A DNA stretch of 63,891 nt, counting the filler, from Octopus bimaculoides (Eukaryota), in NCBI RefSeq assembly GCF_001194135.2. It is 5 parts of 5 records of this genome, joined end to end, with 100 filler letters (N's around TTAATTAATTAA, not from the genome) between each part and the next. Parts side by side here need not be neighbours in the genome. Positions count along the whole stretch, not along the records: positions 29,286 to 56,094 come from NC_068993.1; 4 more parts are not named here. One strand, written 5' to 3'. A program made the translations under genes and the position numbers. Of the stretch, positions 35,872 through 50,244 are shown one piece after another. Within the stretch, counting starts at the first letter, position 1. Every line of letters begins with the position of its first letter. The notes below the pieces were generated by a model, which was given only the letters and a program-made list of their open reading frames with translations, searched no databases and was not told the origin of the DNA.

Positions 35872-38319
35872 ATATATATATATATATGTACGGAGATAAT
35901 CTGGGATTTAAGAGTAACTTCTCTCCAACCCCCCTTACAATCTCGGTGATTCAGTAAAGAATCATAAGTATCACTTTCCATCCTGACTAATGGATGAAAC
36001 AATCGAACCTACCCGATGAAACCTATGTCAGCAGCGTTCCAAGCATGACCAACCCGTCGTATTGTATATGAGGGACTTCCTTTTTTAATACATCTGTCCT
36101 TTACGAGAGTGCAATATGATCTTTGGGAAAGTCTGTTTGCTGCTATTTACAACAGTTCGCCTGACTTATCGTTCATATCGCCAACATAATTTGAAATTAA
36201 ATAAAGCAATTTTTCAAAAAAATTCTTTCTCACTGACTTCCTTTGTATTTTTTCCCGCCTTTCTCTTCTTTTTCTAATTATTTTCAAAATCTTAGCTGCC
36301 ATTCATTTAATGAAAGCGTGAAGCCACATGCCGTGTCCCAGAAGAATTAATCAATAACCCATTCAATAATCTACTTTTCTATAAAAGTAGATCCTTTTCT
36401 ACGTTCAGATAGAATTTTTAGCAAGGATATCTGGTTGCAGTTTTCTATTGAGAACGGGGATGTTATTTCTGTCTCTATTGTTCTTGTTGAGGCTTTTGCT
36501 AAATTCCAGACCTTCGATGAAATGTGTTCTATGATCATCAATTGTTCTAATGTGTCATTCTTGTTTTAAGACGGCAAAATATCTGATTTAAAAGTTGCCT
36601 TTACTAGCAAATCCAACCTCCACGCGGAGAATTCATGTTTCCATGAGCTGTTCTAATATGAGCAAAAAGGATAAGGCCTGAATAAATTAATTTTGCATAC
36701 AACAATATGAGGAAATAATATAAATGTCTGAATTTGTTGTATGACGATGAGACGAAAGCAAAAATATTAAATATGAAGTCTAAGATGTGTGAAAGAGGAA
36801 TAATATCTTTGACAAATAATTGTTTTACGATGTACCTATCACAACAATTGAATTTAATGAGTTTGGGTGGGGAGATGCAACACAAGGCAATTTACAGTGT
36901 AGGATAGGTTACGGATGAGAAATGTTATAATAAGAATGTACGAGTTTATTTGTGCATTCAGGAAATAAACCGTGAACGTATAGGGGAAAATATATTGCAA
37001 GAAAAAGAGACAATTAAATAAACGTAAAGAGGTATAAGATTTAAAATGCCTCGTCCGGGCAATTTGCCGTAGAAATAGAAGATATAGCAGGAGTGTAGCA
37101 ATGTTTGGTTGGAACTTGAACGCTTAAAGAGGGAAATAAAAAGCACAAGACAAGCATTTAAAAGCCAAGAAGCTCGTAGGTGTTGACTAACTAGATGTAG
37201 GAGTTAAACAATTAGAAATAATGTGAAGAGAGACACGTCTACGTATGGAAAGTGATACATTGAAAGATTTATAAGGAAATTTAGATTCAAGCTACACGAA
37301 CAGGTATACTTTCACCACCACAAGCAGATATTTTAATTGAATATAACTATTTTGGGAGTCTCTGCATAGTGGCCAATCACTTAGAGCTTATAGACTCATT
37401 AATATAGTAGTAAGTTCATTGGTTTTATTTATGATAACTGAGACGAATTAAAGAATGACAGGATCGACTGAAAATATTTAAAAATAGCTGGAGGACCGTT
37501 TAATTTAGATGAGATTTATTTGCAATATACATCGTTTAGCGAAAGCGTAGACATAATTGCATGGTTACAAATGTCACTTTGTAACGACACACTTTTGATT
37601 TCATTCCGTTGAACACCAGAGCTAAACACATTTAATTAACTTATTATTTAATTAACTTAAATGTCTTGTGTACTACGAAAGTGAAAGCATTTATTTCGTC
37701 AAAAATAGGTTTCCAAGTAAAACCTGACAGCATTTCCTAACATAATAAAACTATAAAGAAACGAAAGCGAAACTGTAGGTCAGATCGAGACTATAAACCA
37801 TCCATTATAATAGCTTAGTGAAATTCGATCCACCAAATATTTCTATTAGACTCGTAATTAATGTAAGTGAAGCATGGTGGTTATTTATTTAGATATATCG
37901 AATGCTAATCAATGAGATCTAGAACGATTGACAGCAAATACACAAGACAATTATTTTTCTCCAAAATTACTTCCCCTTTCATTGCATTTCACTCTGCTTC
38001 TGTAATGAGGAAAAGGTGAAGATTAGTAAAGATTCGATGAGTGCTGATGGATATTTGTAGAAATACTGAAACATTTTGTCACAAGAAACATTTATTTCTA
38101 GGAAAACTAAGTCTAGTGAAAATTCTTCGAGGTCATGTGTTGTTGGAGGTATATGCTGAATATATAAACCATCGATCCTAAAAACGATTTTGCACTTCTG
38201 GCAAAAGAAAAACACATTCTTGACTTGGAGATCCTCTACTTTTGACAATGAATCAAACAAACATCGATATTTCTTACCAATTAAAAGTAATGACAAATTG
38301 TAAGCATAAATACGCTGCT

Positions 38320-39192
38320 GACTAAAAGGAACAGAGATGCCCGTTTAAAATCTCTTTATGAACATAAAGATAAATCTGTTACATTCTGGGAAAATGTTCT
38401 ATGGACAGATGAGTTGAAAACTCAATTGTTTGGACGAAATTCGCGTAGCCACGTTTGGAGGAAAGATGGCACTACCTATTCGCCGAAAAACACAATTCCT
38501 ACCATAAAGTTTGCAGGTGGCAACATCATGGTGTGGGGGTGTTTCTCTGCAAATGGCACTGGCAATTTACATGTGATAGATGGTAGAATGAATGCAGAGA
38601 TGTACCAAAATATTTTGAACAATAATCTATGGGACTCTGTAGAAAAGCTCCAGCTTTATGAAGGGTGGGTTTTACACAGGATAATGACCCTAAGCACACA
38701 GCGAAGTCTACTAAAAAATGGATTGTCGATCACAATATAAAATTATTAGAATGGCCAAGCGAGACTTGAACCCCATTGAAAATTTCTGGCGTTATTTGAA
38801 GACTAAAATTCATTCAAGAACCCCAAAATGCATTCCAGATTTGAAGAAATTTGTCAAGAAGAATGGGAAAAAATTTCCAAAGAAATATGCGAGTCATTGA
38901 TTAAGAACTACAAGAAGAGATGGGTTGAAGTGGAACTCAATAATGGTTATGCTACGAAGTATTAAATCAGAATTATCGGTTATTTATGTTCTGTACGAAT
39001 ACTTTTTTCACTCCTAAATATTTATAGTTGAATATAAATTCCTTAGTTACTATAATCTATTAGTTTCTTTTGCATATTCTTAGTTTATGCATGCGTATGC
39101 AAATCTAGTATTGGTATATATCTCATTTATGTTCATTAGAAATTAAATAAATTAAGAATTATGACATGTACGAATATTTATATACCCCACTG
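38320..39192 (+). mobile_element. Tc1-like (DD34E) transposon, 5'-truncated
   Basis: [16 protein letters not shown]...VWRK...[42 protein letters not shown]; right end CCCCACTG followed by TA. Confidence 0.9.
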
Positions 39193-39910
39193 TATATATA
39201 TACGCATGTGTTTGTGGCTGGTTTAGAGCCCGTGTATGTTTGCGCTTATTTTCTTCGTCCTGTGGCTTTCTCGCGTGTGATGTGTATTTTTCATCCGAAT
39301 ATTATTTAAGTTGCACTTTTTTTATCAGTACCATTTGGTCCACTGCTTTCTAAATGGAACAAAGGAACAGCTTAATTTTGTACTTGTTATTTTAAAAGAA
39401 TTTAAGCATAACCAAAGAAAATTTAGTATTAGTTGAGGTCTCAAAACTAATAACAGATTAGAATTTATTATTAATTTTGATTAGGACAGTTAAATCTTGC
39501 TTGCTAGATTGAATAACGCCTAGTAGTTGCTAAACACTACTTGAAGTCCCACTGGAGCTAATTTTGTAATACATACGACTCAATAATTAGCAATGAGTTC
39601 ACTAAAATATTTATTACGATTTGCTCTGCTTAATTCAAGTCTTTGAATGAAACTGGAAATTGGGAGCTTCAGATTCAAAGTTTCAGAACAAATTTTGTTG
39701 CAATTATTTAAGATATTTTTTAATAACCGTCCCCCAATTAGCTTATAACCAAGATTAGTCATGGTTCCGTTGCTTTGAATTCACGTGAATGAAATGAAAG
39801 TAAAAGAACAAAACATGTCTAGTCTTGTAAATGATAACATCTGAAGAAAGACACACACACAACTACATGCGTATATATGTGAGTGGTGGAGTTATAAGTA
39901 TAGATGATAT

Positions 39911-39956
<46 letters not shown>

Positions 39957-40337
39957 NNNNNNNNNNNNNNNNNNNNNNNNNNNNNNNNNNNNNNNNNNNN
40001 NNNNNNNNNNNNNNNNNNNNNNNNNNNNNNNNNNNNNNNNNNNNNNNNNNNNNNNNNNNNNNNNNNNNNNNNNNNNNNNNNNNNNNNNNNNNNNNNNNNN
40101 NNNNNNNNNNNNNNNNNNNNNNNNNNNNNNNNNNNNNNNNNNNNNNNNNNNNCATCAGTAGGTTCTACTCGACTCGGCTGAGCGTGCTCTGTTTTTGCTA
40201 AAATATTGCATAATGCTGTCTATATTAATTTTCTGTATACACACTAGCGATTCGCTAAACCATCCATAGATTTTTATGGTGAAAATATATACTGACAGAA
40301 TTCAGTCCGGAATCTGCCGAAGTCGAACCAGTCATTA

Positions 40338-40378
40338 CTGATGAGGAAACGGAAATTGCCGAAACTGATCGGTCAGTA
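40338..40378 (+). ncRNA. Hammerhead ribozyme-like core with stems II and III; stem I poor
   Basis: CTGATGA-GGAAA[CGGAAA]TTGCC-GAAA-CTGA[TCGG]TCAG-TA: intact core, stem II with one mismatch, 5-bp stem III, GUA triplet. Confidence 0.6.
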
Positions 40379-40386
40379 TTGGAAAT

Positions 40387-40461
<75 letters not shown>

Positions 40462-40645
40462 CCTTTTTCTCAATATTCTACTCAAAGTTAAAAAACAAAC
40501 CAAAAAAACATCCGATTCATATAAATAAACAATGAAACGTTTTGATTTCATCATTTTGATTTTGATTGTATCTTGATGAGATCGAAAAACGAACGAAAGC
40601 GTTGATAAATAATTATCCAAAATTTTGACTGCCCCCATTTTCTCA

Positions 40646-40676
<31 letters not shown>

Positions 40677-41801
40677 CACGCGCACACACACACACACACA
40701 CAATACATAGTTTTAAGGCACCTGCAAACGCATACTAACAAACTTTGCACTCATCGTTCTACAACAGTTACAAGCACACGCACAAACATTCACGTGCCTA
40801 AAAACACACAATACAGAATTCTCAATCAACTGTGAACACACACGCGAACACTCACACACATATACATACATACATACATATATTTACATAAATTCATACA
40901 TGTTTATATACATATACGCATACTTACTTTCATACATACATATACACACAATACACACACTACACACATACGCAGGTTTAAAAAAGAAAGCAAATAGAAA
41001 TTCAAACACTTGCACGTGCATATTCATACACTGTGATGCAGGTACGCGCATGCACACACAAACACACACACAAACACACCACACGCACAAACACATACAC
41101 AATCTAAAACAATCAATAGACACACAAACAGCACGAAACTAACTTACACATTCAGACAATAACAGGCAAAGACAAATGATTAGATAATAACACACACGCA
41201 TACACACTCTCACTTGTGAATACACATCGACGAACAAAAAGCATTCACACGTGCATCGACAAATAGTACACAAGCACACACTCTAAAATCCCACACAGAG
41301 AAATATCAAAGGAAACATATATTTACATATTCTAAAGCAACTGCCACATGTGCGGATTCACTCGGTACAAGCATGCACCTACAGACATGAAGCTACGCTG
41401 CTCAGCTTCTCTCTGTTCTCTGCTCTTTTATATGAAGCAGCTTCAGAGACATGAAACAAGATGTTACAAACATCACACTCAAAGAACAACGATATAAACA
41501 TACACACACTTTCAGATAACAAATCTATGCTCACATTTTACGTTTACACACGCTTACAATACATGCAAACATGAACACATACAAAAACATACACTCATGC
41601 ATACATACATACGTACATGCATACATACATGCATACATATATACATACACATACCACTATGCTATGCAAACTGCACACATACACACACAAACACGCAAAC
41701 ACGTAAAACACGTGCACACCAAGAAATAAACAATTTCAAATGTACGGGAAATAACAATAAAAAAGAATCAAATGAAGCATACACACGCACGCACGCGCGC
41801 G

Positions 41802-41853
<52 letters not shown>

Positions 41854-42039
41854 CACAATGTTCAAATATGCTTGCATCTCGTGAATAATGCTTCTTCTAT
41901 TTCTTTTTTACTTTGGGTCATTTGTAATATGGCGTGAATTTTAAGTTTCATACACAAAATTTCTTATTTCTGTTTCCATTTACAACTCTTTCCTCCTTTT
42001 TCTTCTGCCCGCTACTGATGAAGGTCTTACTTCTTGTTT

Positions 42040-43058
42040 TCATATCCTTTGCGGGATGAGTACTGACCGAATCCCAGAATAAAAGACCTCTTTGAGAACC
42101 ACGGAAAATAGGTGGCATAGTTAAATCAATCAATTTTCTTATAACAGCTTGTGTGCACCAACCTTTTCCGTTTCAAGGACATAAATGCCCGAAACTCGTT
42201 CTATTTTCTCTTTATTGCCCTTTGTGGTGTTAAGTGGTTGGACTTTTGTGCCATCAAGACAAATTGCTAAAATGCAAGCAACTGTAGCACTTTTATTATC
42301 GGTTGAGGCAACGTAGATTAACGAGGCACCTGTCTGTTCAATTGTCGTTTTAAATCCTTGGCCCATAAGTACTGCAATCTCATCCATAACAATTATATTG
42401 GAGAGATTGTATTTAGAAAAGCCGATGCCATCAACAAAGGACTTCAATGCAAATGCACGTTGGATCACTTCAGCATCCTCGAGCTTGAACAATGTTGTCG
42501 ATCTTCTTAGAGAGAGCTCATATAGCAGAAGGAAGTTATCCAAACAACGAGGTTATGCTTTGGATATCTCTGGTGGTATATTCAACTGTGTTGCCATTGC
42601 AAGAGCAAATTCTTGAATGTCAGCCCTGCGTACAACCAAAGCCTTTGTTCTTCTGACAGCAATCCATCGCGAGGTAATATCTTCCAGCTCCGAATATAAC
42701 GGTTGTCGACCTGATCCACACTTACGCTTCTTAGCACTTCCCTCATCCACCTGTCTGCTGAGATTATCGTACTCTGCCCGCCATTTTCGAACCATTTGGA
42801 GATCCAACATCTCTTTACAGAAAGCCGTAAGATTCTTGTTATGTGACTCTACCACAATTCCTTTTTAGTACTCCACAGAATAACTCTTCTTTTTTGCACC
42901 CATCTTGCCTGGGGGACAAGGGAGTCAAGCCAAGGGAGCCAACCCCGTACATGTGCAATTAGCACAGACTTTAGCCAAGCTGCTTTAGTTGGTTTAGTTT
43001 GCAAACATCACATGGCCTTGCTAACAAGCTGATGCATTTTTGACTATGTCTTATTTTC
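42040..43058 (-). mobile_element. pogo/Tigger-like transposon (CENP-B HTH and DDE region), decayed
   Basis: MGAKKKSYSVEY...MVRKWR...GSGRQPLYSELED...W....R.K.LVVRR.DIQ.FA; IIVMDE.AV; GLLFWDS.STH.AKDMK; TIR-like GAAAATAAGAC at the gap edge. Confidence 0.85.
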
Positions 43059-43622
43059 NNNNNNNNNNNNNNNNNNNNNNNNNNNNNNNNNNNNNNNNNN
43101 NNNNNNNNNNNNNNNNNNNNNNNNNNNNNNNNNNNNNNNNNNNNNNNNNNNNNNNNNNNNNNNNNNNNNNNNNNNNNNNNNNNNNNNNNNNNNNNNNNNN
43201 NNNNNNNNNNNNNNNNNNNNNNNNNNNNNNNNNNNNNNNNNNNNNNNNNNNNNNNNNNNNNNNNNNNNNNNNNNNNNNNNNNNNNNNNNNNNNNNNNNNN
43301 NNNNNNNNNNNNNNNNNNNNNNNNNNNNNNNNNNNNNNNNNNNNNNNNNNNNNNNNNNNNNNNNNNNATATACCGAGTTAAAGTGATACATTTTGAGAAG
43401 GTATGGATAATAATATATATATATGTATGTATATATGTGCGCCTGTGTCGATGTGTTAACCGTCATTTTCAACAGAATCCTGAGCAGACGTACACAATCT
43501 ATCGGCCCTCCCATATTTGATCCAGTAGACCATCGAGGATGTAACATTTGAGGGGGGAGAGAGAGAGGGAGAGAAATAGAGGGAGAGAGAGAGAGGGAGA
43601 GAAATAGAGGGAGAGAGAGAGA

Positions 43623-43659
<37 letters not shown>

Positions 43660-44246
43660 AGAAACAGACAAACAAAGAGAGAGAGAGAGAGAGACAAACA
43701 AAGAAAAAGAAAAAAAACAAAGAGATGGAGATAGAGGAAGCGAGAGAGAAAGAGTAAGAGAGAGAGGGAGAGAGAGAGAGGGAGATGAAACAACTATCAG
43801 AATTATAAACGAATACAGTAAAATTTATACTTGTTCTGCCTTCACAAAATTACCAATTCATTTTGCATACGGAAGCAAAAGAATCTTATTAAATGTATTT
43901 CGTATTTTTGTTCTATTTCAAACGACGTTGCTTCTTAAATATTTATTAATTTCGAAATTCCTTCAGCATTTTCGTGTATGGCTAGCGGCAACAACTCTTA
44001 CATCTCTGAAACAATGATTATGAAAATGAAGAATAAATTGAAAACAAGCAACAAAAGGGAAGCCGGAATAATGTTGAAGTTTCAATAAGTATACTAGAGA
44101 TCGGAAATGGAAACCGAAAGTAAGATGAGAATCAAAATAATATCAGTCTCCTCTGTATAAATTCTTGCTTAGAGCAGAAAGTGAATACATCTATCTACTC
44201 TATGTACGCCTAGATATATGAGTGCATATATATATATACGTATATG

Positions 44247-44304
<58 letters not shown>

Positions 44305-44938
44305 AATAAATGTATATGTATATATATATATATATGTGTGTGTATATATGAATGTATGCATATACATACATACACCAGCAAATATAAATGTTTGTATGTA
44401 CGTATCTTCACATGTACATATGCATGCATATATCCAGACGTATATATATATATATATATATATNNNNNNNNNNNNNNNNNNNNNNNNNNNNNNNNNNNNN
44501 NNNNNNNNNNNNNNNNNNNNNNNNNNNNNNNNNNNNNNNNNNNNNNNNNNNNNNNNNNNNNNNNNNNNNNNNNNNNNNNNNNNNNNNNNNNNNNNNNNNN
44601 NNNNNNNNNNNNNNNNNNNNNNNNNNNNNNNNNNNNNNNNNNNNNNNNNNNNNNNNNNNNNNNNNNNNNNNNNNNNNNNNNNNNNNNNNNNNNNNNNNNN
44701 NNNNNNNNNNNNNNNNNNNNNNNNNNNNNNNNNNNNNNNNNNNNNNNNNNNNNNNNNNNNNNNNNNNNNNNNNNNNNNNNNNNNNNNNNNNNNNNNNNNN
44801 NNNNNNNNNNNNNNNNNNNNNNNNNNNNNNAAGCAGTAATTAAACCTGGAAAAATACAGACAAGCAGAAGAAAAACATTAAATATTGGTACTGAAGTTAG
44901 AATTTGCTAAATAAATTTCTGAAATGCGGACTTATAAT

Positions 44939-44986
<48 letters not shown>

Positions 44987-45067
44987 ATTAGGGACAAAAT
45001 CCCAGTTTACAGGTAAAAACTCAATTAAAACAATGATAATTTAATACAGTGATAATATACATGTTAT

Positions 45068-45104
<37 letters not shown>

Positions 45105-46501
45105 ATGTATGTACGTATGTATGTATGTGTGTGTGTGTGTGTGTGCGTGTGTGTGTGAATGTGTGTGTATATATCTGCTCTCGTTCTTCTAATAACATTT
45201 CTGTCTTAAACCCAATGGAACTCAATCCATCTATATACATCCATTAACTTCCCCTATGAACCCTTTTTTATCAACAATTATTTGTCTATATTGACAAGTG
45301 TTTACAACTCTTAGTGAAAAATGATAATAGTAATCAAAAATTGTAGTGATGCTTTATTCCTTAACCAGACGGGCATATAGCAATATGATAGCCAAAACTA
45401 GGGATCTTCAGCGAGACACAAACCTTTATGTATAGATGTACTTGATCAGATCCAGACTGCAAAATTGATGCAAAGCATGTTGAAAGGAGTCCCACTCATA
45501 AGGGACACTAGCAGGATGGGTGAAACTAAGCTACATAATTAAACTACTACTAACTTACACCTACTTACCCTTTGTGTTAAGTTACACACTTGGAAACCTA
45601 CCTTGTGAACACTATCATTGTCCTTCAGTGTATATTTTCCTTCGGGTTAAACGTTATACCTGATATATTTCCAGCAGAGTCAATTGCTTTATCGAGACAG
45701 TTTCTATAGAGATACATAAATCATCGTACGGCTTTGTTGAGGTTTCATAGAAAACATGATATCTTCTCTAATCAAATAAAAGTATCACGCTGAAATCTTA
45801 TATTTATCGGAGCTAGTAGTCAATAAATCACTTTGTTGTCCCTTCTGACTCTTTCTAGGAATACACATTTAAGGAATTAAAAGGTCCTCAATAAATTAGT
45901 TTATATTTAACTAATTCTCAGGGCAAATGTCTTGGGAGATAATGCACAGACGATTGGGTCGATCCCAGTATTAATAGCAGTAGTTTTATAGTAATTTCTT
46001 TTTGAGTTACTCTAAAATAAACTATTGATACCGAGAACGAACTTCAACGCGCAAATAAACAGCATAAGGTACTTTGAGCGATTCTCTTCCCCCAAATGTT
46101 AATTATTTTATCGAGTTAAAATATGTTTTAGATAGCGAACTAAATCTGTCCACGATGCTTTAAAACTGAGAACGAAAACCGTAATTTTTCAAATCGACCT
46201 CATTTGTTTCCATATCCATTCTGCTCGTTCAAGCTAACAGAACAAAATGCATTACATCAAAGGGAGATTATGCTTCCGAGTTGGTTTTGTTTAACGAACT
46301 AAATTGTATGATATAACAATGAAATGGATATAATAAAAAAGAAAAGTTTTCTTTGTCTTTCTTTCTTTTCTCTGAAACAGACAAAATATTGTTTTACAAT
46401 GAAAATACCTCTGAAGAATCTAAAATAAATATGACTAACAATTCTTAAGTAATACAGACGTCATTTTATAACGTATATACACATACATACATATATATAT
46501 A

Positions 46502-46545
<44 letters not shown>

Positions 46546-46668
46546 CATACATACATATATATATAAATTATAGAGGATAGATAGATAGATAGATAGATAA
46601 ATAAATAGATACATAGATAGATAAGCTATGTATGCATGCATGTATGTATGTATGCGCACGTATCCGTG

Positions 46669-46700
<32 letters not shown>

Positions 46701-46729
46701 CGTGTGTGTGCGTGTGTGTGTGTGTGTGT

Positions 46730-46940
46730 AGGGTAGCCCAAAAGTAGGTTTACAGTTATTCAACTATCTCTTTCGTATTAATATATCAACAGTTTAGATC
46801 TTAATTATAAAAAAATATGAAAACATTATTCTATGTTAATTTAGTTAATTATAAGATAGAAATTTAAATGTAATAAAATGTTTTAAAAGAAACTTAAAGT
46901 ACCTTCGTGATAACTGTAAACCTACTTTTGGGCCACCTTG
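46730..46940. mobile_element. Tc1/mariner-type MITE, about 210 bp
   Basis: TIRs GGGTAGCCCAAAAGTAGGTTTACAGTTAT and ATAACTGTAAACCTACTTTTGGGCCACCTTG; TA on the right flank. Confidence 0.85.
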
Positions 46941-47522
46941 TATATGCTGGTATTTTGTCTACTGCTGTACCGGTTCTGCCATCGAGAGCTAAGGTGTGTA
47001 AAACTGGCGGAAGGTTCATATCAAAGATCAACACCAATAGGATTTGAATTCATTAGCTAAATGGTCGCAATTAAAGAACCAATTGCTAATTCATAAGTCA
47101 TCAAAATATTGGCTTACTGCCGATGTCAGTATAGTGAGAGGCAAAGCTGTACTGTAACACGGCTTTGTTTCTCAGATAAAATCTACTTATTTTGCATGCT
47201 TCGGACAGAAAGAAAACAAGAAAAAACTATGAAAAATATAACAAAGCGTTAGCGTGAAGCAGTGTTTAGATATGAGCAGAATTTAGGGTAGTTGAAATAT
47301 GTTTGTCACATGTTTCAACTGCTAAAAGGCAGACACACTGAGGTTACTGTGGAGAAAAAATCCCGCTTAATTCTGCTTATACCTAAACATTGCTTCGCGC
47401 TAATGTTTCGTTGTTTACTTCGATCGGACGATCTACTAGCGCAAATCAGTCAGCGTGTTGACTGAATTATATATAAAGCTACCTCTTTATTAAGTTTGTT
47501 CACAGTTGCCTCTCTTTGGTAT

Positions 47523-47568
47523 ATCTCATTGACAAGAGTCAATAACTCGAAACATCGATGTCTGGGAT
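47523..47568 (+). ncRNA. Minimal type I hammerhead-like motif with palindromic stem III; two core changes
   Basis: ATCTCA-TTGACAA-GAGT[CAATA]ACTC-GAA-ACATCGATGT-C-TGGGAT: 6-bp stem I, 4-bp stem II, palindromic stem III, GUC triplet; core CTGACGA decayed to TTGACAA. Confidence 0.7.
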
Positions 47569-48454
47569 TCTTAATAGGTGGCTACAATGAACGAAATGGG
47601 TGTTTTCACACCTTTTCCTCATAAGAGAGGTAACCTCAGTGTATTTGTCTTTTAGCAGTTGTAATATGTGACAAATATATTTCAACTAGTCTAAATTCTG
47701 CTTATAAAAATATAAACAAAGTAATTTATTCACAAACTCTATCACAGCCTTCATACTGTATTACTTTAATCTAGTTATTTTTATCGCTTTTTTTTATGTT
47801 TAATTCTTTTTTTATGTTTAATTATTTCCAGCAATTAGTGTGGTTGTGTGATGTATACTCCCTTTTGTTTTATTTCCAATACTTTAATAATATATTCATT
47901 TAATTTCACTCCCTTGTATGTCATCTGTTGAAAAACATAGAAATTAGTATAGACTTTAATTAGAAAAATTGATTTATTATTTTAATAGCTTGAGAATAAT
48001 GTAAACGCAAACCATAATTTACCAAAGAAATCAAGCCTAAAGGCCTTTCTCAAGTGTTAGCTGCAAATACAAGCAATATCCCTGCAGAGTTCTAACAATG
48101 CAATAATGAGACCAGATGTTCAAGTAGCAGCATAAATCGCACCAGAATTTCTCATTTATTTAATAGCAACAATCAAGATAAACATTATAAGAGGCATAGC
48201 GGAAACTAATTAAAACGTGTCTCAGCTAACATGATTCAATGGTTAGCAACGCATTAACTCTTCTTGTGCAGAACATTTTCTGCTAAATATAGTAAGAAAG
48301 AATGTAATCACTTTAAAGACCAACAAAAACACAACAACTCAGTGAACGGAGCAATTTCATGTTGTAAGATACGCATGAAATCATATGATAAAGCAAAATG
48401 TTCGAATCCCAATCATTTACACCCAGCACCAACCCTTAACAAAATTACTGGTTA

Positions 48455-48720
48455 TTTCCTAGGGCTTTTCTACAGCTACTCTAGTTATAACTGTTCCTCA
48501 GGACTCCCTTGTCTATTGTTTCATTTCCGTTCAGAATTCTCCAATCACTCGTCTCTTCTACATCTCAACCACATTGTATCCCTTCACTCTACGCTAAACA
48601 CTGCACCCTGTCATTACTCCCGAGTACATCGGTACACTAGAGTTATTACCCTCTCCGTGTTTTTTCCATAGAGCATTAACGAGCAACAGTTCAAGTAGAA
48701 TATACGTGCCATCAAGATCA
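48455..48720 (+). mobile_element. Decayed CR1-group LINE 3' coding end
   Basis: LFYSYSSYNCSSGL...VFP*SINEQQFK resembles the CR1-group C-terminal pattern LFY.Y..G.CSSEL...VFP..YNLQ.FK. Confidence 0.5.
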
Positions 48721-50078
48721 TCATGACCTGAACACATGTGAAGGAGATGAGCACAGCAAGGTTTTATGGCAAAAATCAATAAAAAAGAGCATAACTGGGG
48801 AAATATATGCTACGTCTTTCATTCTCTTAAGAGCAAAATATCTCAAGACGTTTTTATAGTAAGTATAAGAATATCTTTTTGTTTCTTTATGTGACGTGAT
48901 AAATATAAAAATAACCGCATATACCACTGTGTTTATAATATATACATGTGTATATGCATATATACACATATGCTCACGCGCACAGATGCACCCACCCACA
49001 CACACGCATAAGTGTGTGTGTGTGACACATATCTTATACAGATTTTAAATGGTTAGGAAATATACTAATTGAATATTACATGGTTTATACATTCTACATG
49101 TGTGTGCATGCGTGCATAGGTTTGTACGTATGTGTCTGAGTGGATGTATGTGACGGTGTATGTGTTAAATAAAATACTACATAGTGTCACATATTTTAAG
49201 CAGTATGTTGAAAAACGTTGAAGCTCAAATATCAACCAGCCAAGTAATCAAAAGCTTCCAGATAATGTTTATTTATAATCTAAAAGCTACAAGTAAGGGA
49301 ATCAACACTAAGTCCAGTTAATCTAACCTTTGGGTTATAAAGACATATGAGATGGATTAGTAGAATTGGTACAGCATCATGCCAAATGCAGCTCTTTTAC
49401 TACTTTTTACATCTTATATCAAAACCTGTAGGAGTCACGTTTGCCTTTCATTCTTCAACTGTCAATGAAATAATATGACCTGTGAAATACTAGGATTGAC
49501 TTTTATTTTTAGTTGAGTATGATGTTATAAGAAAAACGTCTCTTCCATTATATTTACATTGAAACCTCAGCCGTCGCCACATGTATGGCACACAACAATT
49601 TCGCTTAATTGTATGAACCATATTTTCACTAATTGATGTAGATGCATAATAGTCGTGAATCGACACATACACTGTATATGTGTTCAAGTCCTTGACCCTA
49701 CAAATGTAGTGCGTAAAAGCTGGAGAAAAAATGGTTATACCATCACTAGGCTGGTACTGACTTACAGCTAAATAGAGTGGAGCAAAGTGACTTACACGGG
49801 AATAGAACGCGCCGTCTTGTCCAAGAATTTAAAGTGAGCTCAACGTCGTTACCACTAGACCATGCGCCTTCACTTGAAGCCTTAGAGGTGATTAAATGAA
49901 ACAAAACGATGTTCATACTGGAATTGAAGATTCAAGATTATGCGAAATAAAATAATTTAATACATACATACATAGGTACAACGCACACACAAATACACTC
50001 ATACATACATACACTCATACATACATACATGCATACATACATGCATGCATACATACATACATACATACATACATACAT

Positions 50079-50244
50079 AGGCGCATGCCTGGCTGTGTGA
50101 TAAGTAGCTTGCTTCTGAGCCATATGGTTCCGGGTTCAGTCCCACTACGTGGTACCTTCGGCAAGTGTCTTCTACTCTAGCCTCGGGACTACCAATGCCT
50201 TGTGAGTGGATATGGTAGACGGAAACTGAAAGAAGCCCGTCGTA
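50079..50244 (+). mobile_element. SINE family C head
   Basis: GGCTGTGTGATAAGTAGCTTGC...GGTTCAGTCCCAC...GGCAAGTGTCTTCTAC. Confidence 0.8.

Noticed and set aside
36290-37150. Possible decayed coding sequence (GKIY...KRQLNKR, GIY-YIG-like; minus frame ending GHGMWLHAF)
   Set aside because: Many stops and no motif strong enough to assign; needs TBLASTX or HMM search.
45569-45645. Minus-strand exon candidate ending at a GTAAGT donor (EGKYTLKDNDSVHKVGFQVCNLTQR)
   Set aside because: In-frame stop just upstream and no credible acceptor.
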